Part shown: piece by piece, positions 36,243 to 49,839 of the stretch
How positions within the stretch are numbered: the first letter of the stretch is position 1
How the letters are laid out: every line of letters starts with the position of its first letter
NCBI RefSeq assembly: GCF_004010195.1
Contig: NC_057758.1
Location: 6,882,311-6,946,310, forward strand
Source: Chiloscyllium plagiosum
Lineage: Eukaryota
Length of the DNA: 64,000 nt
Direction of reading: 5' to 3'
Notes under the pieces: model-generated
Database searches by the model: none
Told to the model about the DNA's origin: nothing
Seen by the model: the letters and a program-made list of their open reading frames with translations, nothing else
Program-made: the position numbers and the translations under genes

Positions 36243-38887
36243 CTGAGTTCAATGAAGTTTCCACAAGAACACTTGATACTACATTCATTCAGAAACAAAT
36301 ACATTCCTATTATCTTTCCTGTCTTTGTAGATTCCTATTCGGTATGTCTACCTCTGCATTCCAGTTTGTATTTTAATATTGCAGAGACCATGCACGCCCA
36401 AGGATAAGAGCCAATGCACAAAAAGCAAAAGCACTCCAAGACCGTTTTCACTTTTGACCATTTCTCCAACAATTGTGCAACTGCTGAAAATTCCTCTTTC
36501 TGCAACTCACCAGCATGTGGTACTTCGGGGTGAGTTCGTGTGGTGGAGTTGGAATCCTGCACCAATCTCTCTGCTCAGCACGCTTTACTGTTTGGAAGTA
36601 ATGCGAAGTAAATTACTTCCTCCCCCATTGTGCACACTTCTCACTGTCAAACAATTCCCAGATATCATTATTCAACCCTATGTAAGTAAGATTGTAATGA
36701 ATCACTCTATGTATTATCTGCCCCCAACCCACCGCCCCTTCAGTAATCTGAAGGTTTGAAGGCAATACGAAAGACCATATTCATGTGAAGGGTTTCCAGT
36801 GCTAGATGGATAACTGCTTTATCCGGAGCAAAATGTTTAACTAGACTACTTAAATGTATGTGGCTCTGGGCAGAATCTGGCTCTGACGCGAAGATTTAAC
36901 TTGATTAAAAAATGTTTTGCAGTTGCATTCCTACTGCAGCGGTTGAGAATCCCACGCATTGTTCGAGCTGCACCAATCAGCGCAAATCTGCGAGTATCTC
37001 ATTATATTTTGGACGTCTGCTTTCTAGATAGTGCCATCTCATTTTCGAGAGTGGGGATGAGTTCCTTACCACAGAAACCATCGCATCTAATCTGCTCCTG
37101 TATCAATGTCAATAATATGATGAATAAAGTTCAACGCCTAGTTGATCCTTTCTTTGTTGAATCATTTAGCCCTGTCTGACAGAAAATGATTTCATTGATT
37201 GTCATCTAAGGAATAGTATCCTGCAGCACACAAGCTGAACACATCATTTTGTTTCCTCGAATGCACATTACAACTGAGTTTTCAGGACGGGTGTCATCTC
37301 TCGGCCTTGTTCACTTATCTCTGGGATGTGAGAATTTTCCTGCTCTTTTGCCATTAGTCATACAAGTTCATATAGGATGTGCCTTGCTGCTGTTGTTGGA
37401 TTTGGGTTATACCTGCTCATTTCTTTCTGCCTTCAGAAGGTTTCTGTTTGACCTGGTGCCGCTGTTCTTTTTTAGTTCCTCTGTTCCTCCATGTGGATTG
37501 GTCACGACATGTTAATACGTCTTGCTTTTCGATTTTGTTTCCCAGCGATGTTCTGCCAAGCCACTCTTTCAATTCACGTATCATCTTTTCAGCAGCTCTG
37601 AGTTGTTTCCTTTCGAAGTTAGTTTCAAAATTAACGTAACCGGATATTTCACCATGCTCTTCAACTGTTCTCTGAACTTGGACTGCGTTGCTACATAAAT
37701 TAATGTGTTTGTGCTTCATGTTAAATTCCGCAACATGTACGCAACTTCCTTAAAGCTATTTTCAGAATTGTCATCTACAAGTTCATTAACATTAAAAATG
37801 AACAGAATATACGGAAACCACAACATTATAAAGCTGCCCGATATGGTGAGGAATCAAATCACAGAATTCCGTCTGCTCTCCATCTCTGGATCATTCTGTC
37901 CCTTGCTATGACCCTTCAGTCCCTTTTTGACTCGACTGGCCACCAATATATACCTAACTATCAGACGATTGAGCAACAGACTTAAATCAAATGGTAGCAA
38001 TGACGTTAAAACCTTATCAACTATTCTAAATCCAATCCATCTTGGTTCAGTAAAATAGGCTCGTTTGTTAGAACAATACAGAGAAACATTGTTAATGATT
38101 CGTTTAGGTTTAAATCGAAAGTAAATGGGTATGTTTTTTAAACTGCAAAATAAACAGAATGTTGCAAGAACTCTTGTTGCGGTTTTCCTAGTGCAATATT
38201 TAGATTTAAGCCTCTCGCAACAAATTGCAATAAATCGATCAAAAGTAAAGGTGACAGTGGACCAGACTGAACAGTCCATTGCTAATCGAGCCAGCAGGTA
38301 GTTAACTTTACACACAGCAGTGAGTGTCAGGAGAGGCATCCGGAAATAATACCAATTGATTACAAGAAGCATGACCTCAGTGATAATCGTCAGTAGATCC
38401 GCCATTGCCATGGCCAACATGTAACAAGTGGTGCCGTTGGAGATCCCACACTTTCCCTGGGATAAGATTACAATTGTCACGAGATTTGCTGTAAGAGGAA
38501 AGAGGCAGAAGGGTCTCAATTTTGTTTATATTCGTGTGGAGAAAGTAAGCACTGAGATTTGTTTCAAAACTTGGAAATCGGCCCTTTTCACAATTTGAAC
38601 CATAACTAAGTAAATGCAGGTAATTGTAGATACATTAATTTTCTTTCATACGTGGAACTCGGGATTTTGACAAATCCACTGATATGAAGGTCTGACGATT
38701 TTTATGTCTAAAGAATCATTGAATAACTACGGAAGCTGCTTGGCTCATCGAGGCTGAACTGACCCTCAGAAGAACATGCCATCCAGAACCCACATCCCTG
38801 TAAACCCACGAAAATTTTCCATGCCTAACCGGTAATATCACATTTCCCATGGCGCATTTACCGAGCGTGCACATCCCTGGACAATAA

Positions 38888-39155
38888 GGCTCAGTGGTAA
38901 GCACTGCTGCCTCACAGTGGCATGTCAGGTCGCAACAAAAAATGGTGAGCACAGACAATGGAATAATTATCTGAGCAGTTCCTATCTTGCAGAAAGTTTT
39001 TCTTTTCCAACATCTTCATTCAAGTCTGTTCTTTCGGGTTTGCACAGCACCAGATACCCGGGTTTGATTCCAATCTGGGACAACTCTCTATGTGGAGTTT
39101 GCACATTCTCCCCGTGTTTGTCTGCGTCTTTTTCGGGTGCTCCGCTTTCCTCCTG
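38888..39155 (+). mobile_element. tRNA-derived V-SINE/HE1-like fragment, split by ~125 bp
   Basis: A-box head GGCTCAGTGGTAAGCACTGCTGCCTCACAG (38888), B-box GGTTTGATTCC (~39061), TGTGGAGTTTGCACATTCTCCCCGTG core. Confidence 0.75.
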
Positions 39156-39765
39156 CAGTTCAAATATGTACTTAAATGCCCCAATGACTCTCCTTCTACC
39201 AGCACAGCTGGCAACGCATTCCATTTATTCACAACTGTCTGTGTAAAGAACCTACCTTTGATATCTCCTTTATACCTTCCTCCTAATATCTTCAAATTTT
39301 GACTCCTTGTGCAAGTCAATCCTGTCCCGGGGAAACGAATCTGGCTATTTACTCTATCTGTTATTCATATTCCTTTGTACACCTCTATCAGGTCTCCTGA
39401 CCTCCTCGTTCTCTCCCGAGAGAAAAGTACGAGCCTATTCAAACTTTCTTCATAAGGAAAACCCTCCAGTCCAGGCAGCAACGTGGTAAACCTTCTTTGC
39501 ACATTCTCCAAAGTCTCTTTATCTTTCCTACCACAGGCCGGACAAAACTGGATTCAACAGTCCAAGTGTGGTCTCACGGGGGACTTGTAGAGCTGCAGCA
39601 AAAACTCACAGCTCTTACACTCAGTCCCCCTGATGATGAAAGCCAAAACACCATATGCTTTCTTAACAACACTATCCAATTGGGTGGAACCTTTGAAGGA
39701 TCTATTTACGTGTACACCCCGATCCCTCTATTCCTCCACACTGCCATGAATCCAGTCTTTAATCG
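39156..39765 (-). mobile_element. Decayed CR1 3' fragment in the GPCR intron
   Basis: GRFFTQTVVNKWNALP; VVKKAYG. Confidence 0.85.
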
Positions 39766-40670
39766 CCTGTGTTAATCGCTGTGTATTGAAATCTATTCTT
39801 TCCTAAAGCAGGACGTGTGACATTCAAATATATTTAAAATTGTGCACCAGAAAGAAGATTAATCAAGTTGAGAAAGTGCTGCCAATAGATTAAATGTAAT
39901 GACGTGTGAAACCGAATGCAATCACCCACACAAGAGCAATTCTAACCTGTGATTCCTCTCAGTAAGAAAAGGCGACTGTTGTTATGGTTGTCCAATTTCA
40001 TCGCATACAGTGGAATCTGACATTGATTATCTCCACCAATACCTATTATCAGGGATTTTTCCTTTTCCTGACTTTGGCTTCACAGGACAGACCATACAGA
40101 AACACACATACATACACACACATTCGCAGACACACATCCCTATGAGTGAGAAAAAATTCAACAAGACAGGGATTTTCAGCGAAAAAAGAAGCATTGTACA
40201 GATAAAAATGACGTATTGGTGTCAGTAATAATGCTATGGTGTCGGTGTTAGAATGGCCAGCAAATACTATATGAAGTCACTGTGCATATCAAAAGCCAAT
40301 GCATTCAGAGACTTAAACGATTTCAAGCCTAACAAACACTTACCAGGAATACCAATTATAGAAAGGATTGCATAAAACATTTTCCTGACAGCTCGTACGG
40401 TATTGTGCATTTTCTCTGGGAAATTGCTGTGTTGGGTTTGTTCTGCAGACAATTTTCCAAGTTCAACTCTGAAACGTTCCATCCCAATACATGCATTTTA
40501 TACTTTTAGGGGCATCCATCGTGACACTGAAGTTTTTTTTTCATTTAGTAAATTTTGAGTAAACAGATTACAACATGCGTGATATCCCCTGTTGATGTAA
40601 AACACAGGTGTTGAGATTTAACTAGAGATTGAAACATTCAAAATGGCCAGGTTTGATCAGTTTAAAGTCG

Positions 40671-40876
40671 AGAATGTGATGCAGGAAAAGCACAACAGGT
40701 CAGGCAGCATTCCAGGAAAATCGACAATTCGAACAAAAGCCCATCATCAGATTCCTGATGAAGGGCTTTTGCCCGAAACGTTGATCTTCCTGCACCTCTG
40801 GGCTGCCTGACCCGCTGTGGTTTTCTAGCATCACACTCTTGACTCTAATCACCTGCATTTGTAGTCCTCACTTTCA
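40671..40876. mobile_element. Penelope-like foldback element with hammerhead-ribozyme core motifs (left arm)
   Basis: Imperfect palindrome 40671-40840; CTGATGA-A-GGGC-TTTT-GCCC-GAAAC-GT at 40755-40781 and a degenerate mirror core on the other strand. Confidence 0.7.
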
Positions 40877-41744
40877 CATAATGAGTTTAAAAATGTACTC
40901 ACTCTTGGAAACTGCGAAACTACAACATGAATTTGAGATCTGTATTTAATACTGTTCTAGTGCTGGACCTAACGAATCAAGATAAATAAATCAGAACCCC
41001 AAGGTAAACCCATTAAGATCGTCGTATCCCAGCAAGTGACTATTCAGCCTGCACTCAGCTGAGCGCACGCACCCACTTCCTTCTTTTTCTCCTGGACTTT
41101 ATCTCATAGCTGCTTGTTCAACTCGCTTTTGATGAAATTTGTCATAGCTTCATTTTCTCTCAGTTATGTTTCTGGTTTCACATGGGACAGGATGTAAAAG
41201 GATGGTTCCTCAGTACCACATTTGCATTACTTATGTATAAAATTTAGCTCCATGAGTTTTTTCACATGTTCGGAGTGGGGGGTGGTGGGGGGGGGGGGGC
41301 GGAGGGGGGTAGCAATGCCTTTTTGTTTGTAATGTGTGAACCCCACATTGTAGTTATCACATCTGTCAGTTTTCTTGTTCTCGAATTGAATCCCTTCTAC
41401 AATGATCTACCTGGTTTACAATAGCAGCTACTTCCAAAATTGACCGATGGAGCTTTGGATGATGACGTGGAACCACCATATAATGCACTCGTTTCTATAA
41501 AACAAAATGCACATATATGTGTATCATTTAAAGATGTAAGTCTCTGGACAACTTGATTGGAGTGACTGCAGGACCTAGGCAGTAGATGGTAAAATAAAAG
41601 CCATTATTCTCATAATCCTACAGAGTCCTCAAATACAGTGGTGCCAGGGCATGCGAAATTCAGTGCAACCACAGCGTCGTCCTGTACTTTAAATCTCCAT
41701 CTCCAGTCGTTCAGACCTACCGCGATTCCAAAGTGTTGCTTTTT

Positions 41745-41975
41745 CGTTTCTGACTGCAAAATGATACAGAAGGTGGGGTGCTCAGCCCACACCATCACGG
41801 AAACCTGCCTTCCATCCATATACACCGTCTACACGGCTCGCTGACATGGAAAAGCTTCCAACATCATCAAAGACCAATTGCACTGCAGTAATGATTTCCG
41901 ACAACCTCTTCAGTCAGACAGGAGATGCAGAAACCTGAACACACACACACAACTTTTCCCTGGCTGTATTAGACA
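41745..41975 (+). mobile_element. Rex1/Babar LINE 3' fragment
   Basis: IQKVGCSAHTITETCLPSIYTVYTAR*HGKASNIIKD...SDRRCRNL resembles the Rex1 C-terminus (LPSI..IY..RC..KA..IIKD..SGRRYRS). Confidence 0.75.
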
Positions 41976-42645
41976 ACATCCCCTGCTCCCCTTTCATCAA
42001 CCTTCTTTGTCACTTATTCAAAAAACAATAATGCTTATCAGACATGATTTCGCATACACAACACCACGTTGACTGCTCCTAATTCGTCCTTGCCTATCCA
42101 AACGCATGTAAATTATGTTCCCAAGGATTCCCTCCAACAACGTACCTACCACTGACAACAGGTTACCTGGCCTCTACATTCCTGCCGTTTCCTCACCTCC
42201 TTTCTAATGCATTGACATCACGTTAGCCAATCTCCAGTCTTCCAGCACCTTATCTGTCGTAAGCGATGTTAAAGATGACTCAGCAAGGGGCACAACAATC
42301 AATTCTCCAACTTCCTACATAGTTCTGGCTTTCATCTGACCACGTCCTGGGGCTCTATCCACCTTTGTGCGTGTTCAGGTGTCCACCACCTCCTCCTCGG
42401 TAAGATGTGGCTGTTCATTTCATTTGCTTTCATTTCCCTCTTAATAACAATACTGATGTGAAATAGTTGTTAAGTGTCTCGCCTGTCTCTTGCAGTTCCA
42501 CACATTCCATGTGGCCTTGTTGACCACATGGGGGAAAGGGGGAAGGCGGCTATTCTCTCCCTTGTCACTTTTACCCTTAAAGTATTTGTGGAATCTCATT
42601 GGATTATCCTTAACCATATTCACAAAGTTACCTCATGTCCACATT
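41976..42645 (-). mobile_element. Decayed CR1 ORF2 fragment
   Basis: VKDNPMRFHKYFKGK; KAPG; EDWRLANV. Confidence 0.8.
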
Positions 42646-42649
42646 ATCA

Positions 42650-43806
42650 AACATAGAACATAGAACATTACAGCGCAGTACAGGCCCTTCGCCCCTCGAT
42701 GTTGCGCCGCTCTGTCATACTAATCTGAAGCCCACCCAACCTACACTATCCCATATACGTCCATATGCCTGTCAAATGACGACTTAAGTGGACTTAAACT
42801 TGGCGAATCTACTACCGTTGCAGGTAAACCATTCCATCCCCTTACTACTCTCTGAGTAAAGAAACTACCTCTGACATCTGTCTTATATCTATCTCTCTTC
42901 ATTTTAAAGTTGTGTCCCCTCATGTTTGCCGTCCCAATACTTGGAAAAAGGCTCTCCCTTTCCACCCTATCTACCCTCTCATTATCTTGTATGTCTCTAT
43001 TAAATCTCCTCTCAACCTTCTTCTCTCTAACGAGAACAGCCTCAAGACCCTCAGCCTTTCCTCGTAAGACATTCCTTCTATACCAGGCAACATCCTATTA
43101 AATCTCCTCTGCACCCTTTCCAAAGCTTCCATATCCTTCTTAAAATGCGGTGACCAGAACTGTGCACAATATTCCAAGTATGGCCGTACCAGAGCTTTGT
43201 ACAGCTGCAACATAACCTCTTGGTTCTGGAACTCAATCTCTCTATTAATAAAGGTCAAAACGCCGCATGCCTTCTTAACAAACCTGTCAATCTGGGTGGC
43301 AACTTTCAGGGATCTGTGTACATGGAAACCGAGATCTCTCTGCTCATCTGCACTCCCGGGAATCTTACAATTAGCCCAGTACTTTGCATTCCTATTACCC
43401 CATCCAAAGTGTATCACCTCACACTTGTCCACATTGAACTCCATTTGACACCTCTCAGTTCAGGTCTGCATCCTATCTATGTCTCTCTCAACCCACTACA
43501 TCCTTCAACACCAACCACAACTCCACCGACCCCAGTGTCGTCCGCAAATTTACTAACTCACCCTTCTAAACCCTCATCCAGGTCATTTATAAAAATGACG
43601 AACAGTAGTGGACCCAACACTGACCCTTGCGGTATGCCGCTAGTAAATGGACTCCAAGATGAACATGTTCCATCAACCATAACCCTCTGTTTCTTTCAGC
43701 AAGCCAATTACTGATCAAAACTGCTATGTCTCCCACAATCCCATTCCTCCGCATTTTGTAAAATAGCCTACTGTGGAGAACCTTATCGAACACCTTGCTG
43801 AAATCC
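42650..43806 (-). mobile_element. CR1 LINE 3' portion with (CATAGAA)n tail, runs into the gap
   Basis: MEFNVDKCEVIHFG, YCAQFWSPH; tail ACATAGAACATAGAACAT. Confidence 0.92.
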
Positions 43807-44306
43807 NNNNNNNNNNNNNNNNNNNNNNNNNNNNNNNNNNNNNNNNNNNNNNNNNNNNNNNNNNNNNNNNNNNNNNNNNNNNNNNNNNNNNNNNNNNNNN
43901 NNNNNNNNNNNNNNNNNNNNNNNNNNNNNNNNNNNNNNNNNNNNNNNNNNNNNNNNNNNNNNNNNNNNNNNNNNNNNNNNNNNNNNNNNNNNNNNNNNNN
44001 NNNNNNNNNNNNNNNNNNNNNNNNNNNNNNNNNNNNNNNNNNNNNNNNNNNNNNNNNNNNNNNNNNNNNNNNNNNNNNNNNNNNNNNNNNNNNNNNNNNN
44101 NNNNNNNNNNNNNNNNNNNNNNNNNNNNNNNNNNNNNNNNNNNNNNNNNNNNNNNNNNNNNNNNNNNNNNNNNNNNNNNNNNNNNNNNNNNNNNNNNNNN
44201 NNNNNNNNNNNNNNNNNNNNNNNNNNNNNNNNNNNNNNNNNNNNNNNNNNNNNNNNNNNNNNNNNNNNNNNNNNNNNNNNNNNNNNNNNNNNNNNNNNNN
44301 NNNNNN
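43807..44306. other. Assembly gap, exactly 500 N, at the centre of the inverted duplication
   Basis: N run. Confidence 1.
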
Positions 44307-44789
44307 TTTACTGTGGGTCTGCCTACACGACACAGTCTGTAGAGGTTCAAGGAACAGCTCACCCCTACCTCCACCCCACGTTCTCAAGAGGGGCAACGAG
44401 AGACGGGAGACAAATACCAGGCAGGAAAGCACCACCCAAGTCCAATGAATTAATAGAAATGAGATTTCATGAAAAGTTTCGAGCTGTGGCTTCAGAGAAA
44501 TGCCATTTCTCTCCTCACACACACCGGAGTCCACCCTATTGGAGAGTTTTCCATCCTTCTGACCTGCTCTACTCTTGAGACCTGACAGTGAAGTTGTTCG
44601 ATTGTTGCAAGTGTTCAGACATGAAATATTTTTTAAAGTCTAGAAAATGGTACAGGATACACAGTCCTGGAACTGTTATTTATTGATTCACAACCGAGGA
44701 CATCAGCTAAAAATAGATAACACAGAGACAAACAGGTTTTGGATCCAATACGTTTTGTCATTTGTATCAATGATTTGATTGTCATTGGG

Positions 44790-46968
44790 TAGTTGTCATT
44801 GGAGACTTCAAATATCAAAATATTGACAGGGATCACGACTGTATGAGTACTATAGATGGGTCAGCTTTTGTCCAGTGTGTGCAGCTGGGCTTCCTGACAC
44901 AGTATGGAGAAAGGCCTACAAGGGGCAAAGTGACTTTAGATTTAGCGCTGGGTAACGAGCCTGGCCAGGTGTTAGATTTGAAAGTAGGTGAGCACTTTGG
45001 AGACAGCGATAAAAATTTTGTCAGGTTTACATTAGTGATGGAAAGGGATAGGTGTACCCCACCGAGCAAAAGTTACAGCTGGGGGAAGGGAAATTACGAT
45101 ACCATTAGGAAAGATTTAGGAAGGGTAGACTGGGGAAGGAAACTGCAGAGGATAAGCACATTAAAAATGCGGAGCTTATTCAAGGAAAAGCTCCTGTGTG
45201 GACTAGATAATTTTGAGCCTGTCAGGCAGGGAGGAAGATATAGAACGCGTGAGCCGTGGTATACCAAAGGAGTAGAATCCCTGGTCAAGAAGAAGAAGAA
45301 GGCTTATGTTCGAACAAAATATGAAAGAAAGTTAGAGCGCTTGAGGGTTACAAGGAAGTCAGGAAATCCAAAAAAAAAAAACAGATTTCAGAAGATCCAG
45401 TAGGAGACATGAGAGGTTGTTGGCGCATAGAAGCAGGATTAACCCTAAGGCTTTCCATAGGTATGTCAGGAATAAAAGAATGACGAGAGTCAAATTAGTG
45501 CCAATCAAGGATAAAAGTGGGAAGTTGTGTGTGGAGTTAGAGGACGTAGGTGAAGCACGAAACAAATATTTTTCGACAGTGTTCACTGGAGAAAATGAAA
45601 GTGTTGGCGAGGAAGATATAGAGATACTTGCATCTACACTAGAAGAGATTGAGGTTCACAAGGAAGAGGTATTAGATAAACTGCAAAGTGTGAAAATAGA
45701 TAAATCCACTGGGCCGGATGGGATCTATCCTCGGATCCTATGGGAAGCAAGGGAAGAGATTGCTGAGCCTTTGGCATTGAACTTCAAATCATCATTGTCT
45801 ACACGAATAGTGCGTGAGGACTGGAGGATAGCAAATTTGGTTCCCTTTTTCAGAAAGGGTAGTAGAGACAACCCTGGTAATTAAAGACCAGGGTTGGTAA
45901 AGTGTTGGAAAAGTGTTGGAAAAGGTTATAAGAGATATGATGTATAACCATCTAGAATAGAATAATCTGACCAGGGACAGTCAGCACGGTTTTTTGAAGG
46001 GTAGGTCGTGCCCAACGAAACTTGTCGATTTTTTTGACAAAGTGACCAAACAGCTGGATGAGAGTAAATCAGTTGATGTGGTGTATATGGATTTCAGCAA
46101 GGCGTTCAATGAGGTTCTCCACAGTAGGCTATTTTACAAAATGTGGAGGAATGGGATTGTGGGAGACATAGCAGTTTTGATCAGTAATTGGCTTGCTGAA
46201 AGAAACAGAGGGTTATGGTTGATGGAACATGTTCATCTTGGAGTCCATTTACTAGCGGCATACCGCAAGGGTCGGTGTTGGGTCCACTGCTGTTCGTCAT
46301 TTTAATAAATGACGTGGATGAGGGTTTAGAAGGGTGAGTTAGTAAATTTGCGGACGACACTGAGGTCGGTGGAGTTGTGGATAGTGTCGAAGGATGTAGT
46401 GGGTTGAGAGAGACATAGTTAGGATGCAGAACTGAACTGAGAGGTGTCAAATGGAGTTTAATGTGGACAAGTGTGAGGTGATACACTTTGGATGGGGTAA
46501 CAGGAATGCAAAGTACTGGGCTAATTGTAAGATTCCCGGGAGTGCAGATGAGCAGAGAGATCTCGGTTTCCATGTACACAGATCCCTGAAAGTTGCCACC
46601 CAGATTGACAGGTTTGTTAAGAAGGCATGCGGCGTTTTGACCTTTATTAATAGAGAGATTGAGTTCCAGAACCAAGAGGTTATGTTGCAGCTGTACAAAG
46701 CTCTGGTACGGCCATACTTGGAATATTGTGCACAGTTCTGGTCACCGCATTTTAAGAAGGATATGGAAGCTTTGGAAATAGTAAGGGGATGGAATGGTTT
46801 ACCTGCAACGGGAGTAGATTCGCCAAGTTTAAGTACATTTAAGTCGTCATTGGACAGGCATATGGACGTATATGGGATAGTGTAGTTTGGTTGGGCTTCA
46901 GATTAGTATGAGAGAGCGGCGCACCATCGAGGGGCGAAGGGCCTGTACTGCGCTGTAATGTTCTATGT
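44790..46968 (+). mobile_element. CR1 LINE ORF2 to tail (mirror of 42650-43806, longer 5' part, ~270-bp internal deletion near 46780)
   Basis: TLDLALGNEPG, KSTGPDGIYPRIL, YMDFSKAF, YCAQFWSPH. Confidence 0.92.
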
Positions 46969-46974
46969 TTGATA

Positions 46975-47648
46975 ATATGGACATGAGGTAACTTTGTGAA
47001 TATGGTTAAGGAGAATCCAATGAGATTCCACAAATACTTTAAGGGTAAAAGTGACAAGGGAGAGAATAGCCGCCTTCCCCCTTTCCCCCATGTGGTCAAC
47101 AAGGCCACATGGAATGCGTGGAACTGCAAGGGACAGGCGAGACACTTAACAACTATTTCACATCAGTATTGTTATTAAGAGGGAAATGAAAGCAAATGAA
47201 ATGAACAGCCACATCTTACCGAGGAGGAGGTGGTGGACACCTTAACACGCACAAAGGTGGATAAAGCCCCAGGACGTGGTCAGATGAAAGCCAGAACAGT
47301 GTAGGAAGTTGGAGAATCGATTGTTGTGCCCCTTGCTGAGTCATCTTTAACATCGATCACTACAGATAAGGTGCTGGAAGACTGGAGATTGGCTAACGTG
47401 ATGTCAATGCTTTAGAAAGGAGGTGAGGAAACGGCAGGAATGTAGATGCCAGGTAACCTGTTGTCAGTGGTAGGTACGTTGTTGGAGGGAATCCTTGGGA
47501 ACATAATTTACATGTGTTTGGATAGGCAAGGACGAATTAGGAGCAGTCATCGTGGTGTTGTGTATGCGAAATCGTGTCTCATAAGCATTATTGTATTTTT
47601 GAATAAGTGACAAAGAAGGTTGATGAAGGGGGAGCAGGGGATGTTGTC
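46975..47648 (+). mobile_element. Decayed CR1 ORF2 fragment (mirror of 41976-42645)
   Basis: VKENPMRFHKYFKGK. Confidence 0.8.
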
Positions 47649-47875
47649 GAATACAGCCAGGGAAAAGTTGTGTGTGTGTTCAGGTTTCTGCATCTCCTGT
47701 CTGACTGAAGAGGTTGTAGGAAATCATTACTGCAGTGTAATTGGTCTTTGATGATGTTGGAAGCTTTTCCATGTCAGCGAGCCGTGTAGACGGTGTATAT
47801 GGATGGAAGGCAGGTTTCCGTATTGGTGTGGGCTGAGCACCCTACCTTCTGTATCATTTTGCAGTCAGAAACAAA
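47649..47875 (-). mobile_element. Rex1/Babar LINE 3' fragment (mirror)
   Basis: CLPSIYTVYTAR. Confidence 0.75.
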
Positions 47876-48743
47876 AAAGCAACACTTTGGAATCACGGTA
47901 GTTCTGAACGATTGGAGATGGAGATTTAAAGTACAGGACGACGCTGTGGTTGCAGTGAATTTCGCATGTCCTGGCACCACTGTGTTTGAGGACTCCGTAG
48001 GATTATGAGAATAATGGTTTTTATTTTACCATCTACTGCCTAGGCCCTGCAGTCACTCCAATCAAGTTGTCCAGAGACTGACATCTTTAAAAGATACACG
48101 TATATGTGCATTTATTTTACAGAAACGAGTGCATTATATGGTGGTTCCACGTCATCATCCAAAGCTCCATTGGTCAATTTTGGAAGTAGCTGCTATTGTA
48201 AACCAGGTAGATCATTGTAGAAGGGATTAAATTCGAGAACAAGAAAACTGACAGATGTGATAACTACAATGTGGGGTTCACACATTACAAACAAAAAGGC
48301 ATTGCTACCCCCCTCCGCCCCCCCCCCCCCCCACCACCCCCCACTCCGAACATGTGAAAAAACTCATGGAGCTAAATTTTATACATAAGTAATGCAAATG
48401 TGGTACTGAGGAACCATCCTTTTACATCCTGTCCCATGTGAAACCAGAAACATAACTGAGAGAAAATGAAGCTATGACAAGTTTCATCAAAAGCGAGTTG
48501 AACAAGCGGCTATGAGATAAAGTCCAGGAGAAAAAGAAGGAAGTGGGTGCGTGCGCTCAGCTGAGTGCAGGCTGAATAGTCACTTGCTGGGATACGACTA
48601 TCTTAATGGGTTTACCTTGGGGTTCTGATTTGTTTATCTTGATTCGTTAGGTCCAGCACTAGAACAGTATAAAATACAGATCACAAATTCATGTTGTAGT
48701 TTCGCAGTTTCTAAGAGTGAGTAAATTTTTAAACTCATCAGGA

Positions 48744-48950
48744 GAAAGTGAGGACTACAGATGCAGGTGATTAGAGTCAAGAGTGTGATGCTAGAAAACC
48801 ACAGCGGGTCAGGCAGCACAGAGGTGCAGGAAGATCAACGTTTAGGGCAAAAGCCCTTCATCAGGAATCTGATGATGGGCTTTTGTTCGAACTGTCGATT
48901 TTCCTGGGATGCTGCCTGACCAGTTGTGCTTTTCCTGCATCACACTCTCG
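48744..48950. mobile_element. Penelope-like foldback with hammerhead cores (right arm; GAAA box mutated to TAAA)
   Basis: ACGTTTAGGGCAAAAGCCCTTCATCAG-GAAT-CTGATGATGGGCTTTTGTTCGAACTGTC. Confidence 0.68.
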
Positions 48951-49839
48951 ACTTTAAATTGATCAAACCTGGCCATTTTGAAAGTTTCAGGCTCGAGTTA
49001 AATCTCAACAGCTGTGTTTTACATCAACAGGGAATATCACGCATGTTGTAATCCGTTTACTCAAAATTTACTAAATGAAAAAAAAACTTCAGTGTCACGA
49101 TGGATGCCCGTAAACGGAGAAAATGCATGTATTGGGATGGAACGTTTCAGAGTTGAACTTGGAAAATTGTCTGCAGTACAAATCCAACACAGCACTTTCC
49201 CAGAGAAAATGCACAATACCGTACGAGCTGTCAGGAAAATGTTTTATACAATCCTTTCTATAATTGGTGTTCCTGGTAAGTGTTTGTTAGGCTTGAAATC
49301 GTTTAAGTCTCTGTATGCATTGGCTTTTGATATGCACAGTGACTTCATATAGTATTTGCTGGCCATTCTAACACGGACACCATAGCATTATTACTGACAC
49401 CAATACGTCATTTTTATCTGTACAATGCTTCTTTTTTCGCTGAAAATCCCTGTCTTGTTGAATTTATCTCGCTCATAGGGATGTGTGTCTGCGAGTGTGT
49501 GTGTGCATGTATGTGTGTGTGCGTGCGTGTGTGTGTGTTTCTGTATGGTCTGTCCTGATAATAGGTATTGGTGGAGATTATCAATGTCAGATTCCACTGT
49601 ATGCGATGAAATTGGACAACCATAACAACAGTCGCCTTTTCTTACTGAGAGGAATCACAGGTTAAAATTGCTCTTGTGTGGGTGATTGCATTCGGTTTCA
49701 CACGTCACTACATTTAATCTATTGGCAGCACTTTCTCAACTTGATTAATCTTCTTTCTGGTGCACAATCTTAAATATAGTTGAATGTCACACGTCCTGCT
49801 TTAGGAAAGAATTGATATCAATACACAGCGATTAACACA

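Larger units (their letters stand above)
37581..40410 (-). pseudogene. GPR139/GPR142-like class A GPCR, two exons (40410-40344, 38488-37581), two in-frame stops
   Basis: Exon 1 MHNTVRAVRKMFYAILSIIGIP, GT-AG phase-1 intron, exon 2 NLVTIVILS...MAMADL...FTFDRFIAIC; TGA at 37856-37854 and 37718-37716; downstream frame open to 37581. Confidence 0.88.
23200..43806 (+). repeat. Left arm of giant inverted duplication
   Basis: Reverse complement of 46089-64000 throughout; anchors 43806/46089, 40410/49209, 32284/57982, 23200/64000. Confidence 0.95.
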
